Origin: Octopus vulgaris
Lineage: Eukaryota
Direction of reading: 5' to 3'
Length of the DNA stretch: 64,000 nucleotides
Assembly (NCBI GenBank): GCA_951406725.2
Contig: OX597834.1
Span: 1,798,001 to 1,862,000, forward strand
Part shown: positions 13,401-25,331 of the stretch, in pieces
Numbering within the stretch: the first letter of the stretch is position 1
Layout: every line of letters begins with the position of its first letter
The notes under the pieces: model-generated
Told to the model about the DNA's origin: nothing
What the model saw: the letters and a program-made list of their open reading frames with translations, nothing else
Database searches by the model: none
Translations under genes and position numbers: made by a program

Positions 13401-16400
13401 CCAGACTACTTGCTCCTCTTCTCTTCTCTAACAAAACAATTAAAAATCAATATCTGACAAATACTAAAAGTTGTCAAAGCTGAGATGGATGACAAGAGAC
13501 TATGATGACCTAAAGAGAGATGAATTTGCACACTATAGGTAAGATGGTGAAGACTGTCATAGTCAAACAGAGTACACCCTAATGCTGAGAACTGAACAGA
13601 GTACCCTAATACTAAGAAGTGAACAGGGTACCCTAATACTGAGAACTGAATAGGGTACCCTAATACTGAGAAGTGAACAGGGTACCCTAATACTGAGAAC
13701 TGAACAGGGTACCCTAATACTGAGAACTGAATAGGGTACCCTAATACTGAGAAGTGAACAGGGTACCCTAATACTGAGAACTGAACAGGGTACCCTAATA
13801 CTGAGAACTGAACAGGATACCCTAATACTGAGAAGTGAACAGAGTACCCTAATACTGAGAACTGAACAGAGTACCCTAATACTGAGAACTGAACAAGGTA
13901 CTCAAATGCCAAGAAGTGAACTGAAAAGAGAATATAAAATGAAGTGACTTGCTGAGAAACAATGAAAGAGCATTCAACGGATTTGAACTCCCGACTTGAT
14001 GGTGAGCAGTTGATACTCTGTGCCGCGTCTGACAGTCAAATAAATATAAAGAGGGAGATATAAACCAGCTTTACTTACCCTATTTCCTTTGGCAGGCACC
14101 ACTTCATTCAACACTAAATGGTTGTTTTCAAGTGTTTTTGGTGGGGTAGGAGGTAGTGCTACAGTGTTGGGACCCAGCAGTGACCTCAGGCCAGGGGATG
14201 TCAACGATGTCGAAGGGGTGGAATAAATGGGAGCAGCAGCAACCATTTGGCCGAGGATCGATACTTTCGCTCCCTCGCTGGTCATAACCACATTAATGGG
14301 TGTTGTGGGAGGGTTGGGCAGTGTGCGGTAACTGGAAGTACTTGTGATGGAGGAGGTGGTGTTGGTGGTCGTCGTGATTGTCGTCGTTGTGGACGTCGTT
14401 AAGGGGCTTGAAGGTGGCGCTGCGGCTGTTGTTGTTGTTATTGCTGCTGGCTTCTACAAGAGAAACACAGTGTAGAAAAAAAAAATAATGTTGAAGTTGT
14501 CAACTTGAGTGATTGATGTTGTTTAGCTGCAGGTCAGCACTGATCCAGCAGAACTGTGATCAAAAACATCCTAGCCATGACCATCCCTACTTTACCATTT
14601 TTTGCCTTCTTTTATCTAAGATGGTTAGTCCCCATTACTTTGAAAGGGGCATAAGGTAGGTTTCCAAGTCCCTCAGGTGGATAGATATGCCTCCCTGGAT
14701 GGGATGCCAGTCCATCACAGGGTCACTCACTTTCACCAGCTCAGTGAACTGGAGCAACGTGAAATCAAAGTGTTTTGCTCAAGAACACAACACACCACCG
14801 AATCCAGGAACTGAAACCATAATCTTGCATCCTAACCACTAAGTCATGCACCTTCACTTTGACCAAAGATACTAGGAATTTAAGAGAGATTAGGCAGCTA
14901 TTTCTAGCAGATCGAGAAACACCATAGAAACTGCTTCATTTGGAGTTGTAGCTCAACGGTTAATTACCCCTAAGGATATAAATACAGAAGAGAAATTAGA
15001 GAAGTGAACAGAAAGGCCAAACTCCATTGAAGATCAATCTTCCAAATAAACAGAAATATTCTATAAACGAACAATTGTGTTCATTAATGAGTTCATTAAC
15101 CATTTTGTTAATGAAACTATGTTGAAACACACTGCCACTGTTTTAATTAATTTTGAAAATAATGAAGAATTTGGTAAAATAATTTTGTCATTAATTAGTT
15201 GGTGTTTGGAACATAATCAACATGAAAGTTTGATGGAAGGTTTTAATTAAGATCATTTCAAAATGGGAAGTTTATAATATAGAAGCAGGGAAACTCTCAG
15301 GCAGCTTGAGATTAAAAGGCTGGAATAAGTATCAGCAGTGTTTGTTGCTGTTTATCAACCATTTTCTTACCATATTTCTGCTGAAATAATCTGCCTTTGT
15401 TTCAGTTTAATTTTGAAAATAATAAGGAATCTAATAATATAACTTTATCATAATTAATCCGGTGTTTGGAACCCTTTTTATGCAAGGGTTTCGTTTAGAT
15501 CATTTTATAACATGACGTTTGTATTCTAGGATTAGGAACAGTCTTAATAAAGTTGATATCAAAAGGGTTGAAATGTTTTATATATAAAATAGGAAATGAT
15601 GACAAGATGACACAACAACAAAAACAGCAACAACAGATATCGTAAGGTTATAATGTGGCATGTGTTTGGTGTTCAACCTCAAAAAAAGGCTTAGAATGGG
15701 ACAAAATCCATGTAGGACAATAAATGAGCCAAAACAACAAGAGAAACCTGAAGATATCTATTCTCTGAGATCCAAAGAAGATCTGCCAGTTTGACTAACA
15801 TTCAGTATGACACACACACACACACAGAGTGGTAGAGTCCATTACATCTGAATTACATCCCCATTAATATAAACAACAACAACAACAACAACTGCAGACT
15901 ACTGGAACTAAGGGAAGCTGGAGAAGGGAGGCAAGTAGTAACAAGAAAAAGAAAAAACGAAACTGTCAGAGAATCACAACCGAGCTCAGCGCCACCGCAC
16001 AGCAGCTGGCTTGGGCCAATGTGTTGCTCCACAGCCTCAGGTTGACCAACGTGCGCCGTTCGCTTTGCTGTCACAAATACACTGCGAAAGAAACGTGACA
16101 AGGGGAGCTAACTCCTTCGACAGACCGGAATCTGAACCAAGTCATTCACCAAATTAACAAGACTAAATCCTGAGGTTCAAACCTTTCAAAGTGGTGCCCC
16201 AGGGTGGTACCAGTTCAATTAACGGAGACCATTAAAAAAAAAAAAAATAAAAAATATGAATCCTTCTTTCACTGAGAAATCCAATTGTCTGTAGGGGACG
16301 GAAATACTGTCTGTTTGTCTGGGTGGATGGGTGGGTGGGTGGTTGACCATTGTTTTTCTTCCAAATAATCAAAGGGTTGAAAAGGGGACATATTTGAGGC

Positions 16401-19400
16401 AGAGAATTTCCCCGTCACCAACACTTACCTGTTTTTCAAGTGAGGAATATTATTTATTCCTGAGGTCTTCGAAAGTTATCATGTTGACAACGTAAGCAAA
16501 CACTGTTAACCATTTTGTTCGAATGGTACCATGCAATGCCAAGTCATGCACAGGTCACTTCTAAGACACACAGACACACACATACATCCTTATCATCCTC
16601 ATCATCATTTAACGTCCCTTTTATCATGCTGGCATGGGTCAGACGATTTGACAAGACCAGAGGAGCCAGAATGATGCACCAGGTACTAAGTCTCCTTTGG
16701 CACGGTTTTTACAGCTGGATGCCCTTCCTAACACCAAACACTTCACACACACACACACACATCTGAGACAAGCTTCTAAAATTTATATCTGTGAAATTCC
16801 CTTATATGGCATTGCTTGGCCCAGGACTAAAGTAGCACGTTAGCAGATACTTGTGCAATTTGTCATGCAGTGGGACTGAACCTGAAACCATATGGTCGGG
16901 GAGCAAACTTCATAAGCACACAGCCATGCCTGAACTAGTGCAGGTGCGTGCATGTGTAAATACCACACAGAGAAAGCACTGCTGTTAGGGACGTCTATGT
17001 TCTGCCATGCTCACAGATGTTGGATGGGTTTCACAGCATTTCTGTCAAGGTTCCGTATCAAGTTGCCCTTCCTATCACCACCTTGTTTACTTCATAAGCT
17101 AGGTATATCTTATCATGTCTTATCATATCACAGAGAAGTTGTCTGTGAGAAGAGTACAGAGTCCACTATTTCTCGTGTATCAGTCAATTTCTCAATCGCA
17201 AATATAAGCAACCATAGTGGGTTTCCTCCGCAGGATCTCTGTAGCGAAGTTACTCAACAAGGTGCATTGACCAGAGAGGAAGGCGTCTTCCCAGGTGGTG
17301 TCTCTACTTCTCTGTATTGAGAGGTCACAGCTTCAGTACAACAACATGTGATTAGAAAGTCAGAGAAAAGAACTGCAAGACAGATTCTTCAAGCTGAGCC
17401 AACCAATATGAGGCCGAAGAGTAAGCCAAGAATGAGATGGCTGGATAATATTCACAGCCTCAGTTGGTCAAGCCTGGGAATCCAGCTGGAAAATGTAAAT
17501 GACATTTGCTTCTGATAGGACCGAATGGAGGAAGGACGTGAGGACTCTCCAAAGGACGGTAGGCAGAGAAAATGGATGGACAGAGTTGCTGCTCATTTAA
17601 ACCCCATTTCCTTCAGGCAACTTACAAAGTGCACCTACCTTTGGTTTCTTCATTTTTTGCCCCCATCTGGCATTTACATGCCTTTCCTATCACCAACCTC
17701 TAACATATCCCCAGGCATTAATACAGTTCGGTTCAGTAGAGGAAAAAGACATTGTAAAAACAAAATGAGGTTTTGTTCATGGAGACCAAAAACCTGTGAG
17801 TGGATTTCAGAGATGGAAACTGTAAGAAGCTCCCCACGATTGTGTGTATGCATGTGCAGATATATGTTTGTATCTTCCTGTCTGTACTATGCATGACAGA
17901 TGTCAACAGAAGCTACCTGTCATACACAAACAGTGTCTTTCGTTCCCGATTTTCCATGAGAAATACTTCTGGCCACAGGGAAATATTAGTGTGTTTAGAA
18001 ACAGGGTTAGCAAGAGGAAGGGCCTCAGGCCATACAAAATCTGTCCCAACATCTTCCATCCAACTTGTGTAAGTATGGAAAGGAAGATGTTAAAACAATG
18101 ATGATGATGAACTGCAGCAGAGAAGTGCACTTCACAGGGTCCACAATGCACCAGAATGTTTTTCATGTGCAGCTGCACCAGTACATGTGCAACTCCTTCG
18201 CAGCAAAGCATTTCTCTGTTTCAAAACGATTTTAATGTTACATTTGTTTGTTTTTGCTTTTTTGGGTTTTTTTTTCATATATTCTAACTGATGTTTTTAA
18301 ATCTAATGATGAGTCAGAACACATTTAGGGGCTTCAGTGAGTGTGACATGGATTGAGAAAAGTTGAGAGAGAGAGATGGACAGAGGAGGAGAGAGAGAGA
18401 GACATGCACAGAAGAGCAAAAGAGAGAGAGAGAGAGAGAGAGAGGTGTCTTAAGGGCAACAACAAGGATACTAACCTTTGTTGAATTTTTAACAGTGTTT
18501 GATTTTGATCCCAAAACGACAGTTTTTGGTGAAATATTTTGTAAACCTGGAAACAAAAGAATGGAAACCATTTTTAAAAAACAAAAAAAAAAAGCAACAA
18601 CTTGAATAGAAGGATCTTTAGAAGAATTTAAAATGGAAAACCACAAGTCTAGGAACTGGAGACATCTGGCTGATGGAATGGCCAGGTCTGCATGTGATGG
18701 AATGGAGAATAATCACATCATAGCAAATACATTTGTGAAGCAGTGCTTGTAAACCAAACAGGAGTCTAAGAACTGAAGCCATTCTCTAGATAGTTGATGG
18801 AATGGCTGCTGGTGGAGCATGATTTGGAAAGAACATGGTCAGACCATCACAGCAAATATGTCTTTGAACCTCTCCTGGGATTTGACCTTGACCGTTAATT
18901 CTGACCTATCTCTAAAAGCGAAGGTGTATGGCTTAGTGGCTAGGGTGCTGCACACACGGTCACAACACTAAGGGACCAGGAGATGCGTTGTGTTTTTAAC
19001 CCTTCAGCATTCAGATTACTCATGTCAAAGGCGATACTTATTTATTCACATTGTTTTGAATTTATCATACATTATCTTGTAGCCTTAATATTTCACTGAT
19101 GCGATTGTTAGTTTCTAGTGACATTGTAGGGCAGGTGTGAGAGACTGGATCTGGTTGGTTTGAACATAAAACAGGTAGAACAATTGGGCTGGATGTGGCC
19201 AGTTTAAATGCTAAAGGGTCAAGCAAAACCCTTTATTTCCACATTGCTCTGTGATCCCTTTGACATGATGTGTGGCACACCGGGCACCCGTACAGGTCAT
19301 GTCAACTTCAGGCAGGAAGTAAGTCAATGCAGAGCACAACCATTTGATCCCTATAAACAAATCATTTGGGCAAGTTGTTCAGCAAGAAGTTGCAGACCCC

Positions 19401-21069
19401 TCATCAGCCATTTAAGACAGAAGACTCCGTCATGAGTGAGAGAGAGAGAGAGAGAGAGAAAGAGAACAATGATGATGATGTGTGCACGCACACACACAAC
19501 TTAGTTGAAGTTTCCTTAGTCAAGACAGTTAACTCTACCTCTCCACAACCAATCCAACTCTAATAAAGGACCAAAGACAGTAACTTACCTTTTTTTAACT
19601 CGGGTAATTTGCTGCCACTGTTCTCTGTGGAATAAAGAATTGCAGAGGTGAGGTGCAGTGTCAATTGAGAACATTCTACGGGAAGGCAGGTTGTGAAGAA
19701 ACATGGCTAAGATACAGAGGAGAATGAGAACAGAGAAACACACACACATCACATAAAACATGTCACTAAACTCTAGCAGTAATACACATATGTAAACAAT
19801 TACATAAGCATACACACAAATACACACATCACTAAAACAAGAGATGCTTCCATATACATATGATCCAGTTAGAATTTTCTTCAGGTTGAGTAACCCATCC
19901 CACTCAAAAGGTTTGTTTAATGATGTTGAACGAAACACCCATGTTTCCAAAGGTGAATTATCCAAACCCCAAAGAATTCCCCTCAACACATGGCTATGAT
20001 GCCCCTCCACTACTTCTGCTCATGATCAGAGATGCACATGTCACCAGCCACCAAGGCATATATGCTCAATTGTTCTTTTTGCATTTTTCATCAACCAACT
20101 TCCATTTTCCTCTTCCAATTCATTGAGGTAAGAATTTCTAGAGCCTGACGCCTTTCCAGTTGCCAATCATGCCCCATTGCCAAGTAAGGTTATATTTCTC
20201 TATGGCAACACATTGGCCCATGGCTAAGTGGTTGAGAAATATGCTTCCCAACCACATCATTTGAGGTTCAATCTTGCTGCATGATACCTTGGGCAAATGT
20301 CCTCTACAATGCACCAGGTTGAATACTGCTCAGCGAATGGAATTGGTAAACAGAAGCTCTTTGGAAGCATACACTGTGTGTGTGTGTGTGTGTTAATGTT
20401 GATATTTCATGGTTTCCCATGGTTTCTCGGAGCAAAATAATGGTAATGTTAATAACCAGTCAGTCTGGGTTTTGAAAGCCCATGGAATTTTTTAAAAAAT
20501 GTCTTTCTTGAAAAACAAGGATTGGCAACAAGAAGGGGATCAAATTAAGTTCCCCTTCTAACTTATATAAGCACACAAAAATTAATATCAAGCAAAGAAA
20601 TGTACAACGATAAAAATATATAGACATCTTGTTATACTATGTAAATGTGAGTGAGGGTGTATAAAGATGTAAAACAGTGTATATAACAGATGTGTGTGTG
20701 TGTGTGAGTGTATAAACTAAACTTACCTTTCCCACAGTCATCCATTTTATGCTGAAAAGGAAAAGAAATCATGTAGATTAAAAACCTTATATTATTACAA
20801 CATTCCATTTGTATATACAGAAATCCCTCGACTCCAACCCCCCCCCCCCAGGTGAAAATCCACAAAGTAGAAACAATATTGTACTGTATATTTTTTTTTT
20901 ATTATTTTCATAATTTGTGTATATATATATATATATTATTATAAAGGCAAAACACCCCCACAGAGGAATCAATGTAAGCTTAAATAAGGAAAGGTGACAG
21001 GCGAACCGCGATATGGTGAGGGATTACTGTATATACACACACGCATTAATATGAACATACATGTATGTA

Positions 21070-21124
<55 letters not shown>

Positions 21125-21212
21125 TGATTAGTAAATATTGGAAAGTACACAGAGGACATATATTAAGCTGTTGCCTAGAAATATATACCAAGTCACATCA
21201 TAGCCCTATACA

Positions 21213-21263
<51 letters not shown>

Positions 21264-24154
21264 TATTTTATTGAAGCTGAAAAAATCTTCAGAAAATGTG
21301 TTGTTAGTGGTGAGTTTCATGTCAGCACTTAACTATCTGATGAGTGGTGTGAAACTTGCAACAACATCCAGTTTGTGAAGATTTTTTTCAGTCTTAATAA
21401 AATAGTACTTTACTCTACCTTTGGTATTCCAGTACTATTTTTTTTTCTTTCCATTTTATTTTGCACCAATGTGCTTACTTGTGTGAGAGAGAAAATGAAA
21501 GAGAAAGATTTGGACCAAATACCATCACAGTCATGTCTACAGAAGAGTAGTATCAGCTGTAATCTGTGGACTCTGGGTAAGGAATTGTGGGTAGGGTAGG
21601 AGGAGGAGGACATGACTGTAAGGAGTGAGACAGGAAGTGAGGTAAGAGGTGAAGTAGGAAGAGGTGGTAGGGCTGAATGTGGCTGTGTGTGTATGTAAAG
21701 GTAGGTGGGGGGGAAGCAGTCAAGTGTGGGTAGAGGATGGTGGGGAAAGGTCAGAGTGAGGTGTAGGTCAGTCAAAGTGCATACAGAAGGGTGGACAGGT
21801 AGTTGAGGTATGGATAAAAGGACTAGAAAAGGAGATGGTGGGGGGTAGGAAACCACCAATGTCCTCCATTATACATATTTATGATGTGACATGGTTGTGG
21901 TTTTTGTTGTCAATGGAAACAAAGCAGAGATATGAAAGGTCACTGATGAGGTCAAAGTTTAAACTGGAGTGAGAGAGGAGGAGCTTTTGAACATTTGCTT
22001 CTTTGTTTTGGGTGTTCAATCCCACTGATATCAGATGGACAAGCCTTAAATAAGGACCCCAGCTAACTTCCCCCACCTGCACACACTTCAGGGACCAGTA
22101 ACTGTTGATTCAACAACTGAATTTTCATACCAACCCACCAAAGACTGCCCTCGGGTCTACTGTATAAACTGCTTTCAATTTATCGAAATTAAAACTGCCC
22201 ATTAAAATTCCAACTCAATTTATGTCCCAAACATCAGCTTAATATCAACAAAGTTATTTTACAATAAACTTCATTATTTTTTAAATTGATTGAAAGAAAA
22301 ACAGTTATTCATGACCTGGGTGTTGACTGGGCAGCCCAGGGCTACAGTATAATATACTTGCTCAAGGTGCCACACAGTTGGACTTTAACCCAAAACTGTG
22401 TGTGTGTGGGTAGCAAAATTCTGCACCTATTACAAAATCTAAATGAATAACATGTTTAGATTTTGGTCACACATCTTAAGTTGCTCCATTCTGTAGACAC
22501 AATCAATCATTCCAAACTCTGAAACAATTCCATTTCTACATATTTTGCATAAAGGATTAACAACTTGGGTCTTTGTAAATTTGAAAGAAAATAGAATAGC
22601 AAAAAGGAACTTACCGTAATATCTATAACTCTGTCTGCTTCTTTGAGTAGATAAGGCGCTGATTGATGTGCGGCTGTGGTGTTGTGAAATTCTTTAGCAG
22701 CCAGTTGTTTCGCCTGGCTTTCTCGAAGAAGTTCTGCAACAGTCTTGCCAGTATGGCCACTTTTTGTCGAAGATCTTCTGTGCTGAGACGGCACCCTACT
22801 TCGCCGCAAATGTGGCATGATTGGGCCAGAATTCTCTTCTTTAGTGGTGGCCACTGTGTGACTCTTTTTAGTCAACAATTCCAAAATAGTGGATGAATTT
22901 TTTATTACAGCACTTGCATTGTTAATTGTCTTTTTGGTATCACACTCGACTGGCTCTAAAGAAGGGGTTTTCTCTGGCAAATCCTCACCATCTCGCGAGA
23001 CAACATCATCATCATCATCTTCATCATCGTCATCATCATCGTCCATGTCGTCCTGACCAGAATTTTCATTGTTACGTTTAAATATTTTTTTCCGTTTTTT
23101 GTTAGGGAGATCGTATGTACCCCACCGTCTTTTCCGAGGACGGATACTCTTAGATCGACTGTTTTCCGAGTCAGACAGGGAAAGGGGTTCGTCTTTATCA
23201 GGGAAATCAAATTTCGAGGAATTCACTTTGTTGATCTTTAAGGGGCTTGCGGGGGGAGATTTTGGTGAGGAATTGTAAGAATTTTCAATCACAGGTAACT
23301 TAATTCTGATATTGGCAATTGGGGCAAGGTTGACGGTCTTTACATAATGGTTTGATTGGTTAGCTGGGGTACCTGATTTCCGGGCTTTTGGGGTCGGCTT
23401 GCTCACCTGATCTACTGGAGCCGGCAGTAATCCTGAGGAAGGGAGCTGAAAAGCAGGAGTCAAAGATGGTGGCGTTGTAGGAGGGGAGGAACGAGTGTCA
23501 GAGGTGGAGACATCAGGTATGTGTAACGGACTGTTGGAAGATGAAACGGCAACAGAGACAACAGGAGGGGGAGGAGTAGATAGAGGTTGTTTCTCAGTGA
23601 GATTAGTATCGTGCTTCTGTAGATTGGTGGGGCAGTTAGCAAGGGCACTAAAAAGAGGGGAGGTTCTTGAAGTCTTTTGACTGACCTCGGTTTCGGTAAC
23701 AAGCGTCTCCTCACGTTTCCCTTCTGATGCAACAACGTCCAAGGTTTGTGTTGGTTGGGGAACGAGAAGGAGAGGGAGGGCCGGTGGTGGTGGTGGTGGG
23801 GTAGGCTGCTGTTGCAATGATAATGGTTTGGATGATAATGAAGAGGCTAGTAATGGAGAAGATACAAACAGACTTTCTAGTTCGTTCTTCCTCACACTTT
23901 CTTTATCATTACTCGCTCCATCCTTCAGACCAGTCGTAATACTTTTCCTGCTGGTGTTACTACCATTATTATTATTATTGTTTTTAATTTTAGTTCTACA
24001 TTTGCTGCTGTTGTTAATGCTGCGGTTGCTGTTGATGCTTTTAGTTTTGTTGCTGACACTGTTGTTGTTGTTGGTGGTGGTGGTGGTCATGGTGTCATTC
24101 TGTTTCTGTAATGTCTTATCCGTTGCCTTTGTGGCAATAAGGAGAGAATTATTA

Positions 24155-24197
<43 letters not shown>

Positions 24198-24372
24198 TAC
24201 TACTACTAGTACTACTACTACTGGTGGTGGTGGTGGTGGTGGTGGTGCTGCCCTCTACTCCAGCATCAGAAACACAAACAACAACAGCACTGTTGTCTCC
24301 TAAGTCTTTCTCAGGTTGTGTCAAGGCATTGGAAAGAGCAGCCGGACATTCAGGGTCTCCTACTGGTGAGCT

Positions 24373-24403
<31 letters not shown>

Positions 24404-24853
24404 CCACCACCACCACCATCACCATCGTTTTTATCATCACCACCACCACCACTACTGCTGCTGCTGCTGCTGGGACCTTGGGTCTTTGTGTCAGTTACTT
24501 TAGTAAGGAAACTCGTGATGAATGTCTGTGAGGGTAGCACCACAGGTGCAGGGCTCGGGGAAGCGGGTTTTGGGGAAGAGGGTTTCATGTTCTCTTGGCT
24601 GCTCTTAAGAACGGTAAACAAAGGCTCTGGAGGAGAAGACGGTGGAGGACTTGCTGTCGCAGCAGGCATTTTCATATTCTCAACAGATGTCAAAATAGGG
24701 GGCGGCGTACACGACAGCAAGGGGGGCTGGTCACTGCCCTCGCCAACACCTTCCACCGCCTTCTTGTCAGCATTGTTATCATAAAGGCCTATATCACTGA
24801 TTTGGGGACAACTGTTGCCACCAGTATCACTACTACTACTACTACTGCTACTA

Positions 24854-24889
<36 letters not shown>

Positions 24890-25279
24890 TTGCTGTTGTT
24901 ACCTGCATTATTGCTGCAGCTGGTCACATCATCACTGTTGTCGCATGTATCTCCAGTGAAAGTTATTGGAGAGAACATAGCATCTCTAACAACCTCTGTA
25001 ACGACATCCCCTGAGTAAACTGCAGCAATGGTCGCGATTGGAGGGTCTATGACTTGGTTGTTGCAGTCGCTGTCAGTGTTGTTGTTGTTGTTATCGTCAT
25101 CGTTGTTGCAGGTGTTGCTATCAATGCTGATGAGGTTACTGCTATCTTTGTCGATGGTGGTGGTGGTGGTGATGGGGCAGCTAGCAGTGGTGGTGGTGGT
25201 GGTGGTGATGGGGCAGCTACTACCTGTGTTGATGGCGGTGGTATTGGTGCAGTTGAAGCTGAGGTTGATGTAGCTTGGG

Positions 25280-25331
<52 letters not shown>

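Noticed and set aside
13406-13912. 168-aa (VQFSVLGYP)n ORF, or a CRISPR-like array
   Set aside because: A pure 27-bp tandem repeat with no unique spacers and no cas genes, in a eukaryotic intron; the open frame follows from the unit length.
16421-16470. Additional EHMT exon suggested by a CAG|GTAAGT donor
   Set aside because: The donor lies within a repeat segment (CACCAAC..TACCTGTTT..CAAG) seen in several SINE copies, and no extra exon is needed for frame.
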